In this document: positions 1-8,329 of the stretch, one piece after another
Layout of the letters: every line of letters starts with the position of its first letter
How positions within the stretch are numbered: position 1 is the first letter of the stretch
NCBI RefSeq assembly: GCF_003144535.1
Contig: NZ_PHFJ01000005.1
Coordinates: forward strand, 1 to 64,000
Source: Proteus penneri
Lineage (GTDB): Bacteria > Pseudomonadota > Gammaproteobacteria > Enterobacterales > Enterobacteriaceae
Reading direction: 5' to 3'
DNA: 64,000 nt
Position numbers and translations under genes: made by a program
The notes under the pieces: model-generated
The model's database searches: none
Told to the model about the DNA's origin: nothing
What the model saw: the letters and a program-made list of their open reading frames with translations, nothing else

Positions 1-250
1 AAACAATTTGGTGTATTCTGTTTATTTCTCTAAAGATGTCTGAATTCCTCTCTTTATTTATTTTTCACTTTTTCAATCAATAGCTTTTATTTTTCAAAAA
101 TTAATAATCTTTCGATAAACTTGTTTAAAATGAACAAGTAAAAGTGAAAGCATAAAAAAAATATAATCCTTTATTGATGCATATTACTTGTTATAGTTAT
201 GCAACAATTGACTTTTGTTCCTTGTTATCTCATTGAAAAGGTTATGAAAA

Positions 251-811
251 ATGAAGCAACGCAAGTTTCTTACACGTTTTGAGATCAATTCTATTTTGAA
301 ACAAGCAAAGGAAGGACGGTATCCAGAAAGAGATTACTGCATGTTTTTAATGTGTTTTTTACATGGATTTCGCGTTAGTGAGTTATGTAAGTTAACCCTC
401 AGCGATATTGATTTGGAAAGTAGGATACTCTATGTCAGACGTTTGAAAGGAGGGCTATCTACAACACAACCAATTATAGAAGATGAGTATGAAGCGTTAG
501 TTAACTGGTTGAAAAAACGGGAAACATGGAGAGAAGCTGATTCTGAATGGGTGTTTTTATCTCAAAAAACAGGCCCAATTTCGCGTCAACAAGTTTATGG
601 ATTACTTCGCCGTTTAGGTAAAAAAGCTAATGTATCTATTATTCCTCACCCTCATATGCTACGCCATGCGTGTGGCTATGCCTTAGCTGATTTGGGGCGA
701 GATACACGTCTAATTCAAGATTATTTAGGACATCGTAATATTTCACATACTGTTATCTATACTGCAAGTAATTCAAAACGTTTTTTTCACATTTGGGATG
801 CAATAAATTAA
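251..811 (+). CDS. FimB/FimE/MrpI-family tyrosine site-specific recombinase (fimbrial-switch type)
   Basis: 186 aa, aligns along its length with E. coli FimB (…FLTxxEIxxLL…HGFRxSE…HPHMLRH(A/S)CG(F/Y)ALA…DTRLIQDYLGHRNIxHTVxYTASN). ATG at 251 with an AAAGG Shine-Dalgarno ~10 nt upstream. Confidence 0.8.
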   Translation: MKQRKFLTRFEINSILKQAKEGRYPERDYCMFLMCFLHGFRVSELCKLTLSDIDLESRILYVRRLKGGLSTTQPIIEDEYEALVNWLKKRETWREADSEWVFLSQKTGPISRQQVYGLLRRLGKKANVSIIPHPHMLRHACGYALADLGRDTRLIQDYLGHRNISHTVIYTASNSKRFFHIWDAIN

Positions 812-1244
812 CAATTACTTTTTTATTAATATATACAATGAGGATTAATACTCTAAATAGAATAAGCTATATTTTTTCAATAAGAATAAAGTTAATTTTT
901 ATATAATTAATAAAATTAGGAATTGTTTTATACTAAAATAAATAACTGCGATTGTAGATATTAATAGATTATTAATAATTACTTTTCAATTATGAAATGA
1001 CTTAATATAGGTATTCTTTTTTTGATTATCTTTATTGGTTAGTAATAAGTTTGATATTAGTAATTATTTATTAATAATACTAAACATTTATCGTTCAAAT
1101 TTTGAGCGAGAAATAATGACTTAATTTAAAGGTAACTTTAATTCTTTAACTTATATTCATTTGCATACCATACACACGCTTTCATATCTCACTATCCCCA
1201 GCGTTATCGTTAGGGGATAGTTATGAATTACCTTAAAAACACCA

Positions 1245-2468
1245 TTATCCTTTTACACAAACAACCTGTCGTAGTGTATGAACTATCTCAACAAGTGATA
1301 ACTGCGCCTTCATAACCGCATCAATATCCTTATAAGCCATGGGAATTTCATCAATCACATCTTTATCTTTTCGACATTCCACATGTGCAGTTGCTCTCAT
1401 TTGGTCTTCAACACTAAAGGTTTTTTTCGCTGCTGTTCGACTCATTACGCGTCCTGCACCATGACTACATGAACAGAAACTTTCAGCATTTCCTTTTCCT
1501 CTCACAATAAAACTTTTAGCGCCCATTGAGCCAGGGATTATTCCCATTTCACCTTTTTGAGCCGAAACAGCGCCTTTTCGAGTCACCAGCACTTCTTCAC
1601 CAAAGTGCATTTCCTTTTGCACATAATTATGGTGGCAATTTACCGCCTGTTGTTGTGTTGTAAAAGGCTTAGCTATTTGTGTTGATAATGCCGCCAACAC
1701 GTGTTCCATCATAATTTCACGGTTATGTCGGGCAAAATCCTGTGCCCATTCTACGGCTTCTATATAGTCATCATAGAAAAGTGTCCCTTCTCTTAAATAT
1801 GCTAAGTTTCTATCCGGCAAGTTAGCGATATGTTCCCTCATATCTTCTTGTGCCATTTGTATAAATAGCGTACCGATAGCATTACCGACGCCACGAGAGC
1901 CACTATGTAACATGACCCAAACATTATCTGATTCATCAAGGCACAACTCGATAAAGTGATTCCCTGTTCCTAATGTTCCAAGATGACGATAGTTATTCGT
2001 ATTTCGCAAACGTGGATACTTATCAGTTAACACCTTAAAACGCCCTTCAAGTTGTTGCCAATGCTGATCAACAAGTTTAGGCGGGTTCTTCCATGAACCA
2101 CGATCGTTCCCTGATTGATAACTTGTTCTTCCATGAGGTACTGCTCTTTCTATTGCCGTTCTTATGGCAAATAAATTATCAGGCAGATCATTTGCGTGTA
2201 ATGATGTTTTCACCGCTATCATTCCACAACCGATATCCACACCAACAGCTGCCGGAATAATCGCACCTTTGGTTGGGATAACACTGCCTATTGTTGAACC
2301 TTTGCCTAAGTGAACATCAGGCATGACCGCCATATGTTTAAAAATAAAAGGCATCTTAGCGGTATTGATAAGCTGCTTTAGAGCATCAGCCTCAACAGGC
2401 ACACCATTTGTCCACATTTTAATTTCAGCAGTCCCTGCTTCTTTTACTATTTGGTGATCCAATATCAT
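1245..2468 (-). CDS. rtcB: RNA-splicing ligase RtcB
   Basis: 407 aa. N-terminus …KMWTNGVPVEADALKQLINTAKMPFIFKHMAVMPDVHLGKGSTIGSVIPTKGAIIPAAVGVDIGCGM is near-identical to E. coli RtcB. The stop/start junction with the upstream gene leaves a 2-nt gap. Confidence 0.92.
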   Translation of the reverse strand: MILDHQIVKEAGTAEIKMWTNGVPVEADALKQLINTAKMPFIFKHMAVMPDVHLGKGSTIGSVIPTKGAIIPAAVGVDIGCGMIAVKTSLHANDLPDNLFAIRTAIERAVPHGRTSYQSGNDRGSWKNPPKLVDQHWQQLEGRFKVLTDKYPRLRNTNNYRHLGTLGTGNHFIELCLDESDNVWVMLHSGSRGVGNAIGTLFIQMAQEDMREHIANLPDRNLAYLREGTLFYDDYIEAVEWAQDFARHNREIMMEHVLAALSTQIAKPFTTQQQAVNCHHNYVQKEMHFGEEVLVTRKGAVSAQKGEMGIIPGSMGAKSFIVRGKGNAESFCSCSHGAGRVMSRTAAKKTFSVEDQMRATAHVECRKDKDVIDEIPMAYKDIDAVMKAQLSLVEIVHTLRQVVCVKG

Positions 2469-2470
2469 GC

Positions 2471-3607
2471 TTATGCTCCTTTAATTTGTACTAACCCGTT
2501 TAATACTTGGTCTAAACCGCCATAAACGGAAATCTTATCAATACGTTCTGCAATACGTTCTACGGTTTCTAGCTCTTTTAACCGTAAGGCTACAGGATTG
2601 TTTTCCATCACTTTTGCCGTATTTAATAGAGAACGCGTTGCGGATGTTTCTTCTCTTCGACGAATAACATTAGCCTGAGCTGATTTTTCTGCCTCAACCA
2701 CTTGCGCTAAAATCGTTTTCATTTCACCCGGTAAAACAATATCTTTTACCCCTAATGAAGCCACTTCAATACCATATCCTTGAGTGACTTCACTGATTTT
2801 TTCACTGACTAAACTATCTATCAGGCTTTTATTTTCTAATAATTCATCCAGCGTTCTTGTTCCTACTGCTTCGCGTAAAGCAAATTGCAACTCTTTATAT
2901 AAAAACTCCAATGGTGAAGCCAATTGTTGATATGCTAAAAGTACGTCGCTATAACGCCAGTTAGCCGATAAATTAATACGCAGTGTTACTTTGTCTTTTG
3001 TTAAGATCTCCTGTCCACTCACATCCAGTGTTTGTAAACGCATATCGACTACTTCAACATCCACTTTATGCTGATAACGCCAATAGCCTTTTAATCCCGG
3101 TGGCAATAACGCTTGTGTTTCCCCATTGATCCGAATAACACCATTATGCCAAGCAGGAATATCCACATTGAGGATCCCTTCACTTCCTTTTATGACTTGA
3201 TTTCGTAATTTAGGATGCTGGAGTTTTTTCATCAACATTGAAGATACTTCAAGTTCATCGATAGATACTATTTCTAGAGAACGGTCGGCATAACGCCAAT
3301 ATAAACGTCGTGTTCCTGGTGCTAAGATCTCTTTTAAAGAGCCGTTTTCATATAAAAGGCCAATCTCTTCATCCGATAACACAATATCAAAACCATACTC
3401 AGCTACCCATTTAGGATAATATTGACGTAAAAATTCGGCTTTCTCGCTTTCTAATGCCCCCCCATTTAAAGGGAAGAGATCTACACTGAGCTGACGCCAA
3501 AAATCAAAAAACTTATGTTCACCTGCTGTTAGCACATCAATGTACTCATCTTTTTTCTTTAAAAGTGCTAACTGCCCCTGTTTTACCACTATTGTTGTTT
3601 TTATCAT
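2471..3607 (-). CDS. SPFH/band-7 (stomatin/prohibitin-like) domain protein, first gene of the rtcB operon
   Basis: 378 aa. The C-terminal half carries a typical SPFH signature (…VTLRINLSANWRYSD…KDIVLPGEMKTILAQVVEAEKSAQANVIRRREETSATRSLLNTAKVMENNPVALRLKELETVERIA…). It lies directly upstream of rtcB and is translationally coupled to it. Confidence 0.75.
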   Translation of the reverse strand: MIKTTIVVKQGQLALLKKKDEYIDVLTAGEHKFFDFWRQLSVDLFPLNGGALESEKAEFLRQYYPKWVAEYGFDIVLSDEEIGLLYENGSLKEILAPGTRRLYWRYADRSLEIVSIDELEVSSMLMKKLQHPKLRNQVIKGSEGILNVDIPAWHNGVIRINGETQALLPPGLKGYWRYQHKVDVEVVDMRLQTLDVSGQEILTKDKVTLRINLSANWRYSDVLLAYQQLASPLEFLYKELQFALREAVGTRTLDELLENKSLIDSLVSEKISEVTQGYGIEVASLGVKDIVLPGEMKTILAQVVEAEKSAQANVIRRREETSATRSLLNTAKVMENNPVALRLKELETVERIAERIDKISVYGGLDQVLNGLVQIKGA

Positions 3608-3772
3608 TTTTCGTTCCTTCTTCTTTTATTCTTCTTTATATAGTGCAATTTATCGTGACTTACTTTTCCACGGGCAAGCTTTGCGAAACTGAAAGGAAAA
3701 CAAGAGAGGAACGATACTTTGTTTGTCTCTTCTTCTGCTATCAATCCAGCTCAGTTGCTGGTGGATAAGTAA

Positions 3773-3808
3773 GGTGACGGTACAGCTGTCACAACGATTT
3801 TTTTATTT
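3773..3808 (+). terminator. Stem-loop followed by a T7 run on the plus strand, inside the minus-strand operon leader
   Basis: gtgacggtACAgctgtcac forms an 8-bp stem with two G·U pairs and a 3-nt loop. It is followed 4 nt later by ttttttt. Confidence 0.3.
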
Positions 3809-3830
3809 AATTTTACATTTGGATTTGTAA

Positions 3831-3858
3831 TGGTTTTGGTGTCAGGAATCGAACCTGA
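3831..3858 (-). ncRNA. tRNA-like 3' fragment (T-arm, 7-nt acceptor strand, discriminator, CCA) in the rtcB-operon leader; either a Y-RNA-like module or a tRNA remnant
   Basis: Minus strand reads tCAGG-TTCGATT-CCTGa-CACCAAA-A-CCA. This is a canonical 5-bp T-stem with a 7-nt TTCGATT loop, then exactly 7+1+3 nt to CCA. No complete cloverleaf could be folded upstream of it. Confidence 0.35.
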
Positions 3859-3970
3859 AAATAACCCTCTTCACCTACAGAGTCTCGATGTGGAGGAACA
3901 CATTTAGATAACACGACAGAGTGTTCTTTATGTGCCTACCAGATTTAAAATCTGCTCAAGACAATAATAA

Positions 3971-3990
3971 CATTGCCAATATCGTGCCAA
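3971..3990 (-). promoter_or_regulatory. Candidate sigma-54 (-24/-12) promoter driving the leader/SPFH/rtcB transcript
   Basis: Minus strand reads tTGGCACGatatTGGCAatg, against the consensus TGGCACG-N4-TTGCW. The GG-N10-GC spacing is correct. It points toward rtcB and is divergent from rtcR, as in the E. coli rtcBA/rtcR arrangement. Confidence 0.5.
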
Positions 3991-4154
3991 GTTTTAAAAA
4001 AACACCAAAAATATTTTTAATTCATTGTTTTTATTAATTAAATTATTTTTAGTGTTATTTTTAGATATTTACCCATTAAATTAAAAACAACAGAACACTA
4101 TCTTTTTATCTATATATTTATAAAAATAGATAAAAAATAAGTAGGGATAACTTA

Positions 4155-5744
4155 ATGAAACGCAAAGTAGTGATTGGTGTTTTAGGCACAACATTAGATA
4201 AAAGAGGTAAAAGCCATAAAAGGTGGAATTCATGGCGCCCAACAATTTCCATTTGTCATCAAAAGGATTTTCCTGTTAGCCGATTAGTGATGATCCACCA
4301 GCCTAATGATTCAATGTTAGCGTCAAAGATCACTGAAGATATTCATACCATTTCACCTGATACTGAGGTGTGGCCTTATGAAATTGATATTTGTGATCCG
4401 TGGGATCTTGAAGAGGTTTACAGCCATTTTCTTGATTTTGCCGTGAATTATCCATTTGATACTGAAAATGAAGAATATTATGTGCATATCACAACGGGAA
4501 CACATATTGCTCAAATTTGTTGGTTTCTACTGACAGAAGCACACTACTTGCCAGCAAAACTATTACAAACCTCACCCACATCTAAAATAGAAAATAAAGA
4601 CGGTGTGAAAACCATACAGTCAGCTACGGGCAGTTATGCCATTATTGACCTTGATTTAAGCCGTTATACAAAATTAACGAGCCGGTTTGAGCACTACCAT
4701 AATGAGTCACTCTCTTTTTTAAAATCGGGGATTGCCACACGTAATGAACGCTTCAATACTTTAATTGCTCAGATTGAACGAGTCGCATTGCGCTCTTTTG
4801 CTCCTATTCTATTAACTGGTCCCACTGGTGCTGGAAAATCATTTCTTGCTCAACGTATTTATGAATTACGACAATCACGCCATTTTGTAAAAGGGCGTTT
4901 TATCGCTGTTAACTGCGCCACTTTGCGAGGAGACAATGCGATGTCCACTTTATTTGGACATGTAAAAGGTGCATTTACAGGGGCATTACAAGCCAGACAT
5001 GGCTTATTAAGAGAAGCAGATAAAGGGATTTTATTTCTTGATGAAATTGCAGAATTAGGACTTGATGAGCAAGCGATGCTACTTAAAGCAATAGAAGAAA
5101 AATCTTTTTATCCTTATGGTTCAGATACTGAGGTACAAAGTGATTTTCAGCTAATCGCAGGAACACATCGTGATATGGACAAGCAAATTGCAAAAGGACT
5201 TTTTCGTGAAGATCTCTATGCAAGGATCAACTTATGGTCTTTTTCACTACCTGGTCTAGCCGATCGTAAAGAGGATATTGAGCCTAATATCGATTATGAA
5301 TTGCATCACTTTACAAAACGCCATCAAAAGGTAATCCGTTTTAACTCTGATGCGAAATCTCACTATATTCGGTTTGCCACATCTGAACAGGCATTATGGC
5401 GTGGTAATTTTCGTGAACTTAGTGCTAGTATAACGCGAATGGCAACACTTGCCGAAAATGGTCGTATTACTCTAGCACTTGTTGAGGAAGAAATTAGCCG
5501 TTTAAGACAAAATTGGGGAATAACTTCTTCTTTATTAAAAGATCAGGATATCGATCTTTTCGATCTCAGCCAACTGAATACGGTTATCAAAACTTGCCAG
5601 CAATCATCAACTCTCTCAGAAGCCGGTAGAAAACTTTTCGCAGTATCAAGACAAAATAAAAAACAGCCCAACGATGCCGATCGCCTACGCAAATACCTTG
5701 CGAAATTTGATTTAAGCTGGGAACAAATTCAACATGGAGAATAA
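4155..5744 (+). CDS. rtcR: Sigma-54-dependent transcriptional regulator RtcR
   Basis: 529 aa. Collinear with E. coli RtcR, with a CARF-like N-terminus, an AAA+ core (…LLTGPTGAGKSFLA…GAFTGA…ILFLDEIAELG…) and a conserved C-terminus (…NDADRLRKYLAKFDLSWEQIQ). Confidence 0.88.
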   Translation: MKRKVVIGVLGTTLDKRGKSHKRWNSWRPTISICHQKDFPVSRLVMIHQPNDSMLASKITEDIHTISPDTEVWPYEIDICDPWDLEEVYSHFLDFAVNYPFDTENEEYYVHITTGTHIAQICWFLLTEAHYLPAKLLQTSPTSKIENKDGVKTIQSATGSYAIIDLDLSRYTKLTSRFEHYHNESLSFLKSGIATRNERFNTLIAQIERVALRSFAPILLTGPTGAGKSFLAQRIYELRQSRHFVKGRFIAVNCATLRGDNAMSTLFGHVKGAFTGALQARHGLLREADKGILFLDEIAELGLDEQAMLLKAIEEKSFYPYGSDTEVQSDFQLIAGTHRDMDKQIAKGLFREDLYARINLWSFSLPGLADRKEDIEPNIDYELHHFTKRHQKVIRFNSDAKSHYIRFATSEQALWRGNFRELSASITRMATLAENGRITLALVEEEISRLRQNWGITSSLLKDQDIDLFDLSQLNTVIKTCQQSSTLSEAGRKLFAVSRQNKKQPNDADRLRKYLAKFDLSWEQIQHGE

Positions 5745-5753
5745 TATTTCATT

Positions 5754-6671
5754 ATGGAGCTCATTTTTTTAGGCACTAATGCTGGTGTTCCTTCTAAAGA
5801 TCGGAACGTCACAAGTATGGTGCTTGATTTACAAAATAAACAAAAAAGTATGTGGATGTTCGATTGTGGTGAAGCGACACAACATCAGATACTGCATACC
5901 CGCGTGAAACTACCGCGTTTAAATAAAATTTTTATTACCCATTTGCATGGCGATCATATTTTTGGTTTACCAGGATTACTTTGTAGTCGCTCAATGGGGG
6001 GAACAGAAACACTTTTAACAGTGTATGGCCCTACGGGTATAAAAGCTTTTATAGAAACAGCGCTGACATTAAGTCAATCCTATTTAACTTACCCTATTAA
6101 TATTATTGAGATTGACGAAGCTGGTTTTCTGTTTGAAGAAGAAGGAATGAAAGTCAGTTGTGAAGCGCTTTCTCATCCAGTACCTTGTTTTGGCTATCGC
6201 TTAGAAGAAGAAAATAGCCCCGGTAAACTCGATGCTCAGAAGCTAAAAGCTGAAAATATTCCGACCGGCCCTTGGTTACAAGAGTTAAAACAAGGCAAAA
6301 CTATTACGTTGCCCGATGGCAGAGTCATTGATGGCCAAGAATATATCGGCCCTGAAATAAAAGGACGCTGTATTGCTATTTTTGGTGATACACAACCCAC
6401 TCCGGATGCATTAAAACTAGCAAATAATGCAGATGTTATTGTGCATGAAGCAACGTTTAAGCATGAAATGGCAGAACAAGCCAATAGTCGCGGGCATTCA
6501 ACTACAGTACAAGCTGCAACATTAGCAAAAGACGCTAATGTCAAAAAGTTGATTATTACCCATCTTAGTAGCCGCTATTTACCCGAAGAGTGCGTTGAGT
6601 TACTCAATGAATGCCAACACGTTTTTAGCCATACTGAAATTGCGTCTGATTTTGCTGTGTTTAAGTTATAG
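5754..6671 (+). CDS. rbn: Ribonuclease BN / RNase Z (metallo-beta-lactamase fold)
   Basis: 305 aa. MELIFLGT(N/S)AGVP…FITHLHGDHIFGLPGLLCSRSM… aligns with E. coli RNase BN (ElaC) over its full length. It starts 9 nt after the rtcR stop codon. Confidence 0.85.
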   Translation: MELIFLGTNAGVPSKDRNVTSMVLDLQNKQKSMWMFDCGEATQHQILHTRVKLPRLNKIFITHLHGDHIFGLPGLLCSRSMGGTETLLTVYGPTGIKAFIETALTLSQSYLTYPINIIEIDEAGFLFEEEGMKVSCEALSHPVPCFGYRLEEENSPGKLDAQKLKAENIPTGPWLQELKQGKTITLPDGRVIDGQEYIGPEIKGRCIAIFGDTQPTPDALKLANNADVIVHEATFKHEMAEQANSRGHSTTVQAATLAKDANVKKLIITHLSSRYLPEECVELLNECQHVFSHTEIASDFAVFKL

Positions 6672-6691
6672 TTCTACGACTAGAAAGTAAC

Positions 6692-6727
6692 AATAGCGAC
6701 ATTATGTCGCCATTGTTACTCTACAGC
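6692..6727. terminator. Near-perfect 17-bp palindrome between convergent genes; possible bidirectional terminator or protein-binding site
   Basis: agtaacaatagcgacat|t|atgtcgccattgttact has one mismatch across the arms. It lies between the 3' ends of rbn (+) and the DUF421 gene (-). Neither side has a clear T-run. Confidence 0.35.
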
Positions 6728-6756
6728 ATTCACCTAATCATCGATTTGTATTTTAA

Positions 6757-7431
6757 TTAATTATTCTGCAGTGGTGCGGTACGTTTTATCTTGCCATCTT
6801 GCAAAATAAAATTCACTTTCCCATCCCAAAATTCAGCTAAAAAAACATCTTCAGGCTTATCAATATGCTGGTTTTTCATTTCTTCTTGTAACCATGCTTC
6901 ATCTTTTTCTATTTGTACTAATTCTGAAGTACGGATAACGCCATCTTTCATCACTATCAAGGATGGCATTTTAGCACCGTCACACACTACCGTAATTTGT
7001 CCATCAGGTTCAATTTGCGCATAATTGACCTCTTGAAACGAATGAATACCTTGAGCATGAAGACGAGACGTTATGTTTAAAATATCTATTTTATTCTTTT
7101 TCTCCATGATGTTTTCCATTATAAACTCGCCGTTCTTTATAATAGGAATAGGATTGCCAATCGTCACCGCACGGAAAAAGTTGAATCGCTTACTAATATA
7201 ATTAAGCAAAGAGATAAAACAGACACCAATTAAAAAGACGATAATATATTGATAAAGAGGGATTGCATCGGTATAAATTACCCCTCCCATAATGCCACCA
7301 AGGACAAAATTGCCAATAAAATCAATAGGTGTTAATTGAGAGAGTTGTGTTTTACCCGATAAATTCATATGGGCTAATATGATAGTAAAACCAATAATAA
7401 ATTTAATAATAACCAGAAAGTAATATTCCAT
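6757..7431 (-). CDS. DUF421 (YetF-like) membrane protein
   Basis: 224 aa. It has N-terminal TM helices and a soluble C-terminal domain (…GKVNFILQDGKIKRT…), typical of the YetF/DUF421 family. Confidence 0.55.
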   Translation of the reverse strand: MEYYFLVIIKFIIGFTIILAHMNLSGKTQLSQLTPIDFIGNFVLGGIMGGVIYTDAIPLYQYIIVFLIGVCFISLLNYISKRFNFFRAVTIGNPIPIIKNGEFIMENIMEKKNKIDILNITSRLHAQGIHSFQEVNYAQIEPDGQITVVCDGAKMPSLIVMKDGVIRTSELVQIEKDEAWLQEEMKNQHIDKPEDVFLAEFWDGKVNFILQDGKIKRTAPLQNN

Positions 7432-7701
7432 TTTTGTCTCACATTTCCAATAACTTCTGCACTTATTATAAAGCAGAAAATCTCACCTAGATAAAAATTT
7501 AAATTATTTTTGATGATATTTGACTAAGAAAAAACACTTAATATACTTAGGTTTGTTGATTTTAAGACTCATACTATACTTATTAGGATAGCTTATCCGT
7601 AATATCTTATTCGGATTCAGAACTCAATAGCTTCTCGCCTTTTCTATTTCTTACGCGGGATTTCACTGAATTGTTTTTAAACTCACATTTTGGAGAAAAA
7701 A

Positions 7702-8271
7702 ATGAATAAAAAACTACTTACTTCATTGGTTCTAGCGGGTCTTGTCACTATTACAGCAGGTTGTGATGATTCATCTAAGAAAGTCGATGATAGCATTGAT
7801 AAAGCAAAAGAAACCGCTACTCAAGTCACTGAAACAGCGCAAGATAAAGCCAATGAATTGACTGAACAAGCCAAAGATAAAGCTGCCGACTTGAAAGAAA
7901 ATGCATCAGCAAAATCAGATGAATTGACACAACAAGCTCAAGAGCTAAAAGATAAAGCTGAACAAAAAGCCGCTGAGTTAAAAGATGCGAGTGCTAACAA
8001 AGCTGAAGAAATAAAGCAAAGCCTAGAAGCTGAAAGTAATAAATTATCTGAAAAAGCCGCAGAGCTAAAACAAGATGCAAGCAAAGCAGCAGATAACCTG
8101 ATGCAAGAAACAGATAAAAAGATTGATCAACTGAAAGGTGACGCGTCAAAAACCAGCGATAATGTAAAACAACAAGCTCAAGAGACTGAAAATAAAGCAA
8201 TTGATAAAGCGGATCAATTAACTGATCAAGCCAAACAAAAAATTGATGATTTAAAAACTGAAAACAAATAA
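7702..8271 (+). CDS. Periplasmic lipoprotein made of LEA/apolipoprotein-like 11-residue amphipathic repeats
   Basis: Lipoprotein signal MNKKLLTSLVLAGLVTITAGC; the ATG at 7702 has GGAG 6 nt upstream. The mature protein consists of ~12 repeats of the type [DE]ELTEQAKDKAA / AELKDKAEQKAA with no hydrophobic core. A terminator follows at 8301-8329. Confidence 0.6.
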   Translation: MNKKLLTSLVLAGLVTITAGCDDSSKKVDDSIDKAKETATQVTETAQDKANELTEQAKDKAADLKENASAKSDELTQQAQELKDKAEQKAAELKDASANKAEEIKQSLEAESNKLSEKAAELKQDASKAADNLMQETDKKIDQLKGDASKTSDNVKQQAQETENKAIDKADQLTDQAKQKIDDLKTENK

Positions 8272-8300
8272 TCCGATTTCAGTTTTTTTGATGAATTGAG

Positions 8301-8329
8301 AGCCAGTGAACTTTCACTGGCTTTTTTTG
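8301..8329 (+). terminator. Rho-independent terminator of the lipoprotein gene
   Basis: agccagtgaa-ct-ttcactggct gives a 10-bp perfect stem, followed by tttttt. Confidence 0.6.

Noticed and set aside
3565-3768. 67-aa plus-strand ORF in the rtcR/rtcB intergenic leader
   Set aside because: Low-complexity hydrophobic translation of AT-rich DNA with no Shine-Dalgarno sequence. The region is better explained as a minus-strand leader plus promoter.
3831-3915. Intact tRNA gene on the minus strand
   Set aside because: Only the T-arm, 3' acceptor strand and CCA fit. No D-arm, anticodon arm or complementary 5' acceptor strand (TTTGGTG) could be found. Kept only as a tRNA-like fragment.
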